A stretch of 64,000 nucleotides of DNA from an uncultured Hyphomicrobiaceae bacterium (GCA_937931785.1 CALHAX010000069.1:53837-117836); one strand, 5' to 3'. Positions 27,557 to 36,650 are shown, numbered from the stretch's first letter. Program-made: numbers and translations. The notes: a model not told the origin generated them from the sequence alone.

Positions 27557-28696
27557 CTACTTCACAAAGTGACGGCCAGGGCGCGGCGGAGGTGGTGTGC
27601 CGACGATGAGCGTCGGATCGGGCGCACGCACATAGACGTCGTCGTCGTGTCGTGGTGGAGGTGGTGGCGTGTCATTTTCAGAAGAGGGCTGCGCCTGCTC
27701 CATGTACGGCGACACCCCGGACTGTATTGGATCGATGGCAGGTATCGCAAGGTCCAACGGGGTGTCGAGATCCACAAGATCCTGTTGTGGCTCGACTGGC
27801 TGCGGGGTTTCAATGAGTGCGGCTTCTTGCGCAGCGGCCTCTGCAGTTTGCCGCTGAACTTCTGCCGCCTGAATGCGTGTCAGCATTTCCGCCACAACAT
27901 TCACAATGCTCAGACCTGCATCACCCGGATATTTTGCGATATATGTCCGCATGCTCGGATCGAAGTCCGCAGCACGCTGCAAATACGCACGGCGTGGAAC
28001 AGACGTTTCAAAGCATCGGTTCTCCGGATCAGACACCAAATGCTGGTGCCAGTGATTTTCCGCTTGAATCCGCCCGTCCTTGAGATTGATCAAGGTACCG
28101 AGGAGTTCAGCAAAACCATGCGCTTCGCTTTCGTTCCTGAAGCGCTTCAGAATATCGAGTCCGCGCACAGAGAGATAGTCCGGTTTCACCGGCGGCAGGA
28201 AATAGTCCGCTTCACGCAGCCATGTTTCGGTCAGTACGGAAAGCCCGGGTGGGCAATCGATGAGGATGACGTCGAAGTAGCGTTTGGCATCGGCGAGAAA
28301 GTTACGAACAAGCGTGCGTAATTCTGCATGTTTGTGTTCACCGGAAATCATCCGCTCGAACAAAGACAGCTGCATGTGGCTCGGCATCAGATAGATAGAG
28401 CGCGCCTCTTCGACGTCGGACACACCGGTTGCGACGTGCGGTTTCCAGTCCACTGGCTCGTTATTCAGGATGGCGCGGGACAGGTAGTCGACCAGAGTCA
28501 GTTTCTGGCGCTCCATCTGTTCCCAGCGGCCCATCTCCATCAGCATGATGCTCATGCTGGTCTGGCTGTCGGAGTCGATGACGAGCACATTACGCCCGTG
28601 GTGTGCGGACAATGTTTCGGCCATAGCCATGACGATCGTCGATTTCCCGACTCCGCCCTTCGTGTTCATTACCGCAATCGAACGTCCCATACCCAC
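27557..28696 (-). CDS. ParA/MinD-family ATPase (orphan) with ~100-aa Pro/Asp/Glu-rich C-terminal tail
   Basis: Deviant Walker A NTKGGVGKST, then VLVIDSDSQ and VILIDCPPGLS motifs. The tail (nt 27560-27868) contains PPPPPR and PPPPRPGR. Convergent with the 1184-aa gene, with 58 nt between the stops. Confidence 0.85.
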   Translation of the reverse strand: MGMGRSIAVMNTKGGVGKSTIVMAMAETLSAHHGRNVLVIDSDSQTSMSIMLMEMGRWEQMERQKLTLVDYLSRAILNNEPVDWKPHVATGVSDVEEARSIYLMPSHMQLSLFERMISGEHKHAELRTLVRNFLADAKRYFDVILIDCPPGLSVLTETWLREADYFLPPVKPDYLSVRGLDILKRFRNESEAHGFAELLGTLINLKDGRIQAENHWHQHLVSDPENRCFETSVPRRAYLQRAADFDPSMRTYIAKYPGDAGLSIVNVVAEMLTRIQAAEVQRQTAEAAAQEAALIETPQPVEPQQDLVDLDTPLDLAIPAIDPIQSGVSPYMEQAQPSSENDTPPPPPRHDDDVYVRAPDPTLIVGTPPPPRPGRHFVK

Positions 28697-29168
28697 TGCT
28701 ACCCCTCTACGGACTGATCCCAGTCAGCCGACAGTACACCGCCAGCGATGAAAGCGCCGATCATCAGAACATCCTTAACACCTAGCATGAATGGTTTTTC
28801 TATGTTCTTGCAGAATCAGCGCGCGCTCTACGAAATTTCGCTGCGTTCGCTGCGATTATCCACGTGATGTGCACATGTTTCCCGCAAGGCGTGCAAATCT
28901 CCTGGCGATATGATATCTATACTGCGCGGTAGTAGTACAGGGGTAGTAAGGGTCATGACCAGATCATTGGCCACAGCGTTGGTCCTTTCATTCGGAGCAC
29001 CGTTGCTTGGAGCTGGATTTTACGTCTTGTTGACAATCGTCAAGTAGGAACGGCCAGCATTATTTGTCGAAAACAGGGAACCGCTTTGGAGCGACGTGCT
29101 TCATTGTGTCTGTACCTACGAGCACGTTGTGCTGGACAATACCGCGTAAATTTACCTAGCGTTCCATC

Positions 29169-30437
29169 ATGATCGCACCTGAGCTGAATGACTGCTTCCT
29201 TCATGATAAAGACAGGCTTGCCCACGTCGAAGCGGTAAAGCTTCTGGTTGAGCGCACCCGGACCCATGGCCGGACCGAGAACATTCCGGTTTCAAGCGCG
29301 TCCGGACGATACATCGTCGATGAAATGACCGCGCCATCCCCTGTTCCAGGGCATCGAAATGCGGCGGTGGACGGCTACGCCTTCGCAACTACAGACTATG
29401 ATGCCAGCGACGGAACCACGTTCGATGTGGTTGCGCGTGTGGCCGCCGGCCATCCATTGCATCAGACACCGCCACACGGTTCATGCGTACGTATCTTCAC
29501 TGGTGCTCCGGTTCCAGATGCCTTTGATACCGTTGTCATGCAGGAAGACGTCACACTCACCCCGGATGGCAAAACGATGATGGCCCCCTCCGGCCTGAAA
29601 GCTGGCATCAACATTCGTGCTGCCGGGGAAGATCTGGAGATGGGAGCATCGATTGCGACCCCTGGTCAAAAACTGCGACCACAAGACCTGGCCGCACTGA
29701 CATCCGCCGGCTACGAGACGATTTCTTGTTATGAAACCCCGGTGGTCGGGCTGTTCTCCAGTGGTGATGAAGTCGTTCGACCGGGCCGCCCCCTGGAACA
29801 CGGACAGGTTTACGACGCCAACGCGGCCATGCTGCCAGCGCTGATCGAAGCTACAGGTGCAACGTTTCAGGACCTCGGTATCCTTCCTGACGACCGCACG
29901 ACGGTACGTCAGAAACTTCTTGAGGCGGCCGAGACGTTCGATCTGGTGATCACATCAGGTGGTGCGAGCCTCGGTGAAGAAGACCATATCGTCTCGGTTC
30001 TGGACGAGATCGGCAAGCGGCATCTCTGGCAAATTGCAGTGAAGCCAGGCCGACCGATGATGTTCGGCCAACTCGGTCAAGCGGTGTTCATGGGGCTGCC
30101 TGGCAATCCCGTAGCGGTGTTCGTCTGTTTCCTCCTATATGGTCGCCCGCTGTTGACCCGATTGGGTGGCGGTACGTGGGTCGAACCCACACGCTTCAAG
30201 GTCACGGCTGACTTCTCAATCCCGAAGAAAAAGACTGACCGACGGGAGTTTCTGCGTGGCGCCCTGGTGTCCGGGCCGCATGGCCCCGTGGTTCGGAAGT
30301 TTCCCAAAGATGGTTCCGGCCTGATCACGTCGCTGCGTGAAGCCAATGGGTTTATCGAACTGGCGGAAGATGTGTCGTCCGTTTCCGAAGGCGATCTTGT
30401 CGACTTCCTGCCGTTTTCGGCGCTTGGAATTGCCTGA
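29169..30437 (+). CDS. moeA: molybdopterin molybdotransferase
   Basis: Full-length MoeA/gephyrin-E pattern: NAAVDGYAF, RIFTGAPVP, VITSGGASLGEEDH, KPGRPMMFG, GLPGNPVA. Confidence 0.9.
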   Translation: MIAPELNDCFLHDKDRLAHVEAVKLLVERTRTHGRTENIPVSSASGRYIVDEMTAPSPVPGHRNAAVDGYAFATTDYDASDGTTFDVVARVAAGHPLHQTPPHGSCVRIFTGAPVPDAFDTVVMQEDVTLTPDGKTMMAPSGLKAGINIRAAGEDLEMGASIATPGQKLRPQDLAALTSAGYETISCYETPVVGLFSSGDEVVRPGRPLEHGQVYDANAAMLPALIEATGATFQDLGILPDDRTTVRQKLLEAAETFDLVITSGGASLGEEDHIVSVLDEIGKRHLWQIAVKPGRPMMFGQLGQAVFMGLPGNPVAVFVCFLLYGRPLLTRLGGGTWVEPTRFKVTADFSIPKKKTDRREFLRGALVSGPHGPVVRKFPKDGSGLITSLREANGFIELAEDVSSVSEGDLVDFLPFSALGIA

Positions 30438-30578
30438 GAAGAACTTCAATCGACTTGCCATCGCCTGATTGCCGTTCCCAAATCGCCACAAATTCCGCTT
30501 AGGCCAACGCAAACGGTATGGTGCGGCGCGTATACTCGATGGCGCACACAACATGCCCGGCGCAGGGCTGCGAGTTTC

Positions 30579-33116
30579 ATGTCGACGTCTATTCGATACA
30601 TCATACTGACTCTTGAGTGGCTTATCGGGATTCCCTACCGGGTCTTTCGGTTTGTCTCACAGGCGATCGTGTTCAACCCACGGCTCGGCCCCATACGGCA
30701 CATTGCAACGGCCGGTCTGCTGTATGTCACCATGGCCGTAATGCTTGTGTACGTGGTTGCCCCCTTGCGTGGCCTGTATGGAGAATTCTGGCAGGGATCA
30801 AAAATCCACTACGACAGCCAACGCTGGCTTGCTACGGCGATTTACGACCGGAAAGACCAGTTCGTTGGCACATTCGATGCGCGCCTCGACAGCAAACGGG
30901 ATGTGAACTACACAGGCGTCCCTATTGAGGTTGCCGGGACGAGCTATGTCGCCAATCCTGACCACAAGTCCATCCCCGTGCGCAAGACGCCTGAACAATT
31001 CTGGCGCTGCCTTGTGTACCATGAGGACCGCTACCTCGGCACACTGTGGAACCCTTATGGCATCGACCTCTGGGGTGTCCTGAAAATTCCGGTTTCCACA
31101 GTGCAGCGCTCTATCCGCGGTCGTGGTGTGCGGTTTGGTGTGGGTGGCTCAACGCTACCAATGCAGCTCGCACGTATTGTCTACAAGACGCCACCGCGCC
31201 GGGGTGAAAGCTCACTCGACAAGATTCGTCGAAAACTGAAAGAGTGGTGGCTTGCTCCGGTTATTTACCGCACCTTGACCAAGGACGGGAATACGGAGCC
31301 GTTCAAGCAGTGGACCGCAAACCACCTCTGGCTCGGACAACGTACAGGCGGACAGGATCTACACGGAATTGAGGTCACGGCGCGCGTCGTATTCGGCAAA
31401 GCAGCCGAAGATTTGAATGTGGCGGAACAGTTCGTGTTGGCGTCGGCAGTCAACAAACCCATTATCCTCCTTGATGGTAGCGATCGGCTTAATGCAGTGA
31501 GACTCGATCGTTGGCGTTACATTGTCGAGGTTCGGGCTCGCAAGTGTGCAACAGAGCTGATCTCAAACGAGGAATTAAAGAAGGAAATACTGTTTGAGTT
31601 GACCAACATCGCCGGTGGTCCGCCTGATCCCAAGATCGCACCCAAGATGGATGCTGCCGTTCAAGCCAGTGCACCGCGTTACGTACGTCAGGCACGCGCC
31701 AATCCTGCATTGCGCGCCAACGTGCTCATACCTGCGGCACGTTACGGTGTGCGCGAAGAGATGAAACAAGAGTTTGGCTTCGAGTGGCGGAATTACGTGC
31801 GCGGCGTGAAGCTGACACTGGATGTTGCGGATAACAGAGGGTTCCGCGAGCGCGTGAAAGATCGTCTAACCAAGGTCCAGAAAGAGCATCAGGCTCGGAT
31901 CAATTCGCAATACTCACTTGATTTGCGGGCTCTCTCGTCGCCGGATGCTGCAGTGCGTGCCGTACCAAATGTCGTGGTTGCTGCGGCCAATGCGAAGGGC
32001 GAGATTGTTCGGTATTTCGAGGCGAAGGATACGGCGTCATACTTTGGTTCCGCCTACGCTCGCGATAGTGAAACAGGACGCTATGAGCCGAAGCGTGAAA
32101 CGCGGGCTATAGCGTCCGTTGGCAAGATGATGGCGGCGATCGCGATTGCGAACCGCACGCAAGACAATCTGGCATCGCGGTATCTGGATTTACAGGCTCC
32201 GGCGAAGGGGCTTGAATCATGCCGACGTCACGGGATCCTTCGGCAATCGCGTCGTGCGGAGGTTGTGTTCGCGTGTTCCCTCAGTCACCCACTCGAGATC
32301 CGACTGGCGAAGCTCGGACAGCGGCGACTCGCGCAATTGATCAACAAGTTTCAGTTTAACATGCCGCCATCTGCTGAACCGTCCGGTGCCACTCCGCCTT
32401 CAACGGCGATTGTGCGCGGATTTGTGACCGGTAGTCCGCGCAAGGTCCATCACATGGCAGGGGTTATTCTGGCATCCCTGACAGGCAAAGGCGCGCGTCC
32501 ACTGCCGGAACCTACTCTGATCAAGCGATTGGATGAGGCGGACACAACGGTTGATGCTGCTTCTACGGATGATGACGCTGATCGATCCGTGGGCCCGGAT
32601 GCGATCATTCCGGACCGGGTGATCCGGCCAGAAGCACGGCGACGGGTGCGAGAATTTCTTTCCGCACCATTGTGCTACGAGTTCCGCAAGCAGAAAATCG
32701 GTACACTCAAAAGCTTGCAGAAATGGTGCGCCAAGCGAAAGCGGAACGTGAAACTGCATTTTGCCAAAACCGGCACACAAGTGACCGAAGATCCGGATGC
32801 CACTGTTGATGCCTGGGTCGCAGGCGGTATCCAGTTCGCGAATGGGCCTGCGTATTCCTATGTCGTTGTTGTCGGTACCGGAAACAACAACGAGCCGTGG
32901 GCGCGGAAACTTCACGCATCGCAGCTGGCCGCTCCGCTTTTGGAGGCCTTGCTGGAAGATCTTGAAGTTGACGCCGCGAAGCAACCCCGGATCGCGCAAC
33001 GCGCTGCATTGAAAGTGACTTCCGGTTCACGTGGCACAAGCCGCCCAGTAAAGCGGGTTCGCGCGAAGCCGATTCGGCGGACAAAGAGACCGGGCTTGGC
33101 CCGGTCGGGGGAATAG
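30579..33116 (+). CDS. transglycosylase (GT51) domain protein, divergent class A PBP-like
   Basis: GT51 motifs YHEDRYLG, GGSTLPMQLAR, RKLKEWWLAPVIY and VAEQFVLASAVNKP. The C-terminal half has SVGK (SxxK-like) and KTGT. N-terminal TM helices and a basic C-terminal tail are present. Confidence 0.75.
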   Translation: MSTSIRYIILTLEWLIGIPYRVFRFVSQAIVFNPRLGPIRHIATAGLLYVTMAVMLVYVVAPLRGLYGEFWQGSKIHYDSQRWLATAIYDRKDQFVGTFDARLDSKRDVNYTGVPIEVAGTSYVANPDHKSIPVRKTPEQFWRCLVYHEDRYLGTLWNPYGIDLWGVLKIPVSTVQRSIRGRGVRFGVGGSTLPMQLARIVYKTPPRRGESSLDKIRRKLKEWWLAPVIYRTLTKDGNTEPFKQWTANHLWLGQRTGGQDLHGIEVTARVVFGKAAEDLNVAEQFVLASAVNKPIILLDGSDRLNAVRLDRWRYIVEVRARKCATELISNEELKKEILFELTNIAGGPPDPKIAPKMDAAVQASAPRYVRQARANPALRANVLIPAARYGVREEMKQEFGFEWRNYVRGVKLTLDVADNRGFRERVKDRLTKVQKEHQARINSQYSLDLRALSSPDAAVRAVPNVVVAAANAKGEIVRYFEAKDTASYFGSAYARDSETGRYEPKRETRAIASVGKMMAAIAIANRTQDNLASRYLDLQAPAKGLESCRRHGILRQSRRAEVVFACSLSHPLEIRLAKLGQRRLAQLINKFQFNMPPSAEPSGATPPSTAIVRGFVTGSPRKVHHMAGVILASLTGKGARPLPEPTLIKRLDEADTTVDAASTDDDADRSVGPDAIIPDRVIRPEARRRVREFLSAPLCYEFRKQKIGTLKSLQKWCAKRKRNVKLHFAKTGTQVTEDPDATVDAWVAGGIQFANGPAYSYVVVVGTGNNNEPWARKLHASQLAAPLLEALLEDLEVDAAKQPRIAQRAALKVTSGSRGTSRPVKRVRAKPIRRTKRPGLARSGE

Positions 33117-33155
33117 ACGGACAGAGCGCCTTCGCTCGCCCGCCGACTTCTCCCG

Positions 33156-34337
33156 CTAATCCTTCACAACCAGCTTGCGTGGCGTATTGCACAGGCACTC
33201 GTGACCATCATCTGTGATGAGAATGGTTTCGGTGATTTCGATGGCGCCGTCGTCGAGCCAGAGCGCGGGCATGAAGTGAATAGTCATTCCCGGTTGGAAT
33301 TCGGTGTTGTCGCCGCGACGAAGAGAAATAGTGCGTTCGCCCCAGTCCGGCGGATACGAAAGGCCAATGGAGTAACCGGTACGGTTGTCCTTCACAAAAC
33401 CGCGTTCGCCGAGCGCGTCAAAGAACGCGGCAGCCATCTCTCCGCATGTGTTGCCCGGTTTTGCAGCTTCGAGACCGATTGCCGTGGACTCGAGAACGGC
33501 TTTTTCTGCGTCCAGGTACTTTTGTGGTGGCGTTCCGAGGAAGACTGTGCGGGATTGCGGACAGTGATAACGCTTATGGCAACCGCCAATTTCAAAGAAA
33601 GCGCTTTCACCATTGTTGTAGGTGCTGTCGTCCCAGGTGAGATGAGGCGCGGTGGCGTCCATGCCGCCGGGCACCATCGGAGCAAAGGCACAATAATCTC
33701 CCCAGTGACCGTCGGCACCACGCGTCCCTGTGGCGAGAATTTCCGCAACGAGCATGTTTTTCTGCAAGCCCGGCTCAACCATCTCCACAATCTTTGCGTG
33801 CATCGCTTCGACGATGCGAGCGGCGCGGCGGATATATTCGATTTCCTGCGGTGATTTGATCAGGCGCTGCCAGTTCACAAGCCCTGTCGCATCCTTGAGC
33901 GTTGCGTTCGGCAGATGTTTTTCCAAGGTCGCGTGGGCGGCCGCGGTGTACCAGTAGTTGTCCATCTCGACGCCGATGGTCTTTTTAGCCCATCCGCGCG
34001 CTTCGATTTCTTTCGCCAGCGGGTCCATCGGGTGGCGTTCAGAGGACTGCACGTAGTGATCCTCGTAACCGACGATGTCGCTGTCTTTCATCCAGACCGT
34101 ACGCTTGGCGCCGAGTGCATCGATCCCGCGGCCCCACCAGACAGGATCGCCGTCAAGTGCGAGCAGCACGCCCTGATGCGTGTAGAATGACCATCCGTCG
34201 TAGCCCGTCAGCCAGGCCATGTTGGAAGGATCGCTGGTCAGCATCACTTCGATGCCCTGAGCCTGCATCGCCGTGCGGGTTTTCGCAATCCGGTCGTCGT
34301 ATTCCGTGCGGGTGAAATTCAGATTGGGTGCAGCCAT
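33156..34337 (-). CDS. M24 family metallopeptidase, ectoine hydrolase DoeA/EutD-like
   Basis: Creatinase-type N-domain plus pita-bread domain. NMAWLTGYDGWSFY and LVNWQRLIKSPQEIEYIRRAA resemble ectoine hydrolases as I remember them. It lies directly downstream of a cyclodeaminase gene. Confidence 0.65.
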   Translation of the reverse strand: MAAPNLNFTRTEYDDRIAKTRTAMQAQGIEVMLTSDPSNMAWLTGYDGWSFYTHQGVLLALDGDPVWWGRGIDALGAKRTVWMKDSDIVGYEDHYVQSSERHPMDPLAKEIEARGWAKKTIGVEMDNYWYTAAAHATLEKHLPNATLKDATGLVNWQRLIKSPQEIEYIRRAARIVEAMHAKIVEMVEPGLQKNMLVAEILATGTRGADGHWGDYCAFAPMVPGGMDATAPHLTWDDSTYNNGESAFFEIGGCHKRYHCPQSRTVFLGTPPQKYLDAEKAVLESTAIGLEAAKPGNTCGEMAAAFFDALGERGFVKDNRTGYSIGLSYPPDWGERTISLRRGDNTEFQPGMTIHFMPALWLDDGAIEITETILITDDGHECLCNTPRKLVVKD

Positions 34338-34347
34338 GTGTTGGGTC

Positions 34348-35379
34348 TCAGCTCTCTATAATGGTTCCGGCATTTGCCGCTTTTGCGCGTGCCGTGGCAA
34401 GTGTTGCGATGGCCGTGTCCTGCACGCCTGTGCCTGTGAGGTCGGCGATGGTGATTTGCTCCGGCGATGTGCGGCCCTCTGCTTGTCCGGCGATGATGGC
34501 GCCGAGTTCTGGAAACACCGCGTCCCGCGCAATGGTTCCAGCAGCGATGGCGGCGCGAAGTTCGCCACGGATGCGAACTTGCGCGAGACTGTCGGCGACG
34601 TAGAGATTGGCACGGGGCAGCACATCTGGTGCGAGTTCGCTCTTGTAGTCCGCGTCGGAACCCATCGCTGTAATGTGCTGGCCAGGTTCCAGCATATCGG
34701 CGGTGAGCAGTGGTTCCCCGGAGGGGGTGGCCGTGACGATGATATCCGCTCCTTCGATGGCCTTCGGAATATCGTTTACAGCGGTGATCGGGATTTCCAG
34801 TTCTTCGGAGAGGCTCATCGCGACCGCTACAGCCTTGGCAGGGTCACGCGCCCAGATCCGTGCGTCTGCGACCGGACGCACCAGCGTCAGGGCTGCGAGC
34901 TGTGATCTCGCCTGGCCACCTGCTCCGAGCACCGCAACGCTTGAAGCGTCCCTGCGTGCCAAATGGCTTGCTGCAACTGCGCCGGCCGCGGCCGTTCGTG
35001 TGTCCGTCAGATAACCATTGTCGAGTAGCAGCGCGCTAACGATGCCGGTGCGGCTTTCGAACACGACCATCAGGCCGTTCAGGCTGGGCAGGCCCAACTT
35101 TGGATTGTCGAAGAATCCGGGGCTCATCTTGATGGCAAAGTGCTCGAGGCCCGGCACGTAAGCGGTCTTGACGTCAACCTCGCCGTTGAACTCATGGATC
35201 TCGAAACCCATGATCGGTGGCATGACCACGTCTTTGGTCGCCAGCGCGTGGAAGGCATCCTCAACACATACGACAGCCTCGGCATCAAGCGGGACGAGAT
35301 GGCGAAGTTCAGCTTCGGTGAGAACGGTGATGCTGGGCATGGGGTGTCCGGTTACAGGATCAATGTACCCTGCAATCAT
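34348..35379 (-). CDS. ornithine cyclodeaminase family protein (EutC-like)
   Basis: GEVDVKTAYVPGLEHFAIKMSPGFFDNP, LLDNGYLTDTRTAAAGAV and the NAD motif VLGAGGQARSQ. Confidence 0.8.
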   Translation of the reverse strand: MIAGYIDPVTGHPMPSITVLTEAELRHLVPLDAEAVVCVEDAFHALATKDVVMPPIMGFEIHEFNGEVDVKTAYVPGLEHFAIKMSPGFFDNPKLGLPSLNGLMVVFESRTGIVSALLLDNGYLTDTRTAAAGAVAASHLARRDASSVAVLGAGGQARSQLAALTLVRPVADARIWARDPAKAVAVAMSLSEELEIPITAVNDIPKAIEGADIIVTATPSGEPLLTADMLEPGQHITAMGSDADYKSELAPDVLPRANLYVADSLAQVRIRGELRAAIAAGTIARDAVFPELGAIIAGQAEGRTSPEQITIADLTGTGVQDTAIATLATARAKAANAGTIIES

Positions 35380-35468
35380 AAGAGAACGCGGGTCCGCCCG
35401 TCACGTCTTATTGCAATCCGTCACAAGACAAGCTTAGTGGCAGAAAACGGGGAGAGGGAGACATCCGG

Positions 35469-36650
35469 ATGACCAACCAACTCGATCGCGCGACACGTAT
35501 CCTCAAGGATCTTGTTGCGTTTCCTTCCGTGTCGGAGACGTCGAATGTCCCGATCGCGACGTACGTCACGGATTATCTCGCAGCGCATGGCATCACGGCA
35601 CAATGGGATCGCCATGACGAAAACGAACGCGGCGGCGAGATGACCAACATCTTCGCCACGATCGGTCCGGAGCGCGACGGCGGCACCATTCTGTGTGGCC
35701 ACATGGACGTCGTACCGGCTGACCCAAGCGGGTGGACAAGCGATCCATTCGATCTGACGGAACGTGACGGGCGGCTCTACGGGCGCGGATCTGTCGACAT
35801 GAAGGGCTTTCTTGCGATGACGCTGGCGGCGGTACCGGAGATGGTGGCCGCAGACCTTCAAACCCCGCTCCACATCGCATTCACCTATGATGAGGAGACC
35901 TGCAGTGTGGGTGCACGCAAGATGGTGCCGTTCCTGCAGCACCTTCCTTTCAAACCGGGAGCCTGCGTTGTTGGCGAACCCACATGCATGGTGCCGTATA
36001 TCGGACACAAGGGCGGCATGGAGCTGGAAACCGTGTTTCACGGGCGGGCGGGGCATGCCTCGATCCCGTCGAACGGCGTAAACACCATCTATTACGCGGC
36101 CCGGTTCGTGGATTTCCTGCGCCGGAAGGCCGACGCGATGGCGGCGAAACCGTTCCCGGGATCAAAATTCAATCCCCCCTATACGACAATCAGCGTGGGG
36201 CGCATTGACGGTGGGGAAGCGCGGAATATTATTCCTGATACGACGCGAGTGATCTGGGAAATGCGGGCTCTGCCTGATGATGATGAAGCGGCGCACATGG
36301 CAGAAATCAAAGCGTTTATCGAGAACGAACTTGTGCCGGAGATGAAGAAGGGCGACCCGGATGCGGGTGTCACGTTCCCGGTGGAAGGAAGTTATCCCGG
36401 CATGCGCGCGGACGAGGATACGCCAGCGCAAAAGCTGGTAGAGAAGATCTGGGATGTGGGGCCGCCGCAAGTCGTCTCGTTCGGAACGGATGGGTGCTAT
36501 GTCCAGCAGGCGGATATTCCGACGATCGTCATCGGACCAGGTAACATCGGGACGGCGCATCTGCCCGATGAATACATCGAGGTGGCCGACGTCCAAACCG
36601 GCATGGACTTCATGAACAAGCTGATCGCGCATCACAGTCGGAACGCGTGA
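35469..36650 (+). CDS. argE: acetylornithine deacetylase (M20 peptidase)
   Basis: ILKDLVAFPSVS, NIFATIGPERDGGTILCGHMDVVP and DGRLYGRGSVDMKGF, the typical ArgE pattern. Confidence 0.75.
   Translation: MTNQLDRATRILKDLVAFPSVSETSNVPIATYVTDYLAAHGITAQWDRHDENERGGEMTNIFATIGPERDGGTILCGHMDVVPADPSGWTSDPFDLTERDGRLYGRGSVDMKGFLAMTLAAVPEMVAADLQTPLHIAFTYDEETCSVGARKMVPFLQHLPFKPGACVVGEPTCMVPYIGHKGGMELETVFHGRAGHASIPSNGVNTIYYAARFVDFLRRKADAMAAKPFPGSKFNPPYTTISVGRIDGGEARNIIPDTTRVIWEMRALPDDDEAAHMAEIKAFIENELVPEMKKGDPDAGVTFPVEGSYPGMRADEDTPAQKLVEKIWDVGPPQVVSFGTDGCYVQQADIPTIVIGPGNIGTAHLPDEYIEVADVQTGMDFMNKLIAHHSRNA

Noticed and set aside
27410-28321. 303-aa + strand ORF
   Set aside because: It is entirely antisense to the ParA-like gene, has an R/W/C-rich composition, and shows no motif.
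28856-28872. parS-like site next to the ParA-like gene (TTATCCACGTGATGTGC)
   Set aside because: Only the central CACGTG and a few flanking bases match the TGTTTCACGTGAAACA consensus (about 9/16). That is too weak to call.
35421-36056. 211-aa minus-strand ORF
   Set aside because: It is antisense to argE and is a shadow ORF.
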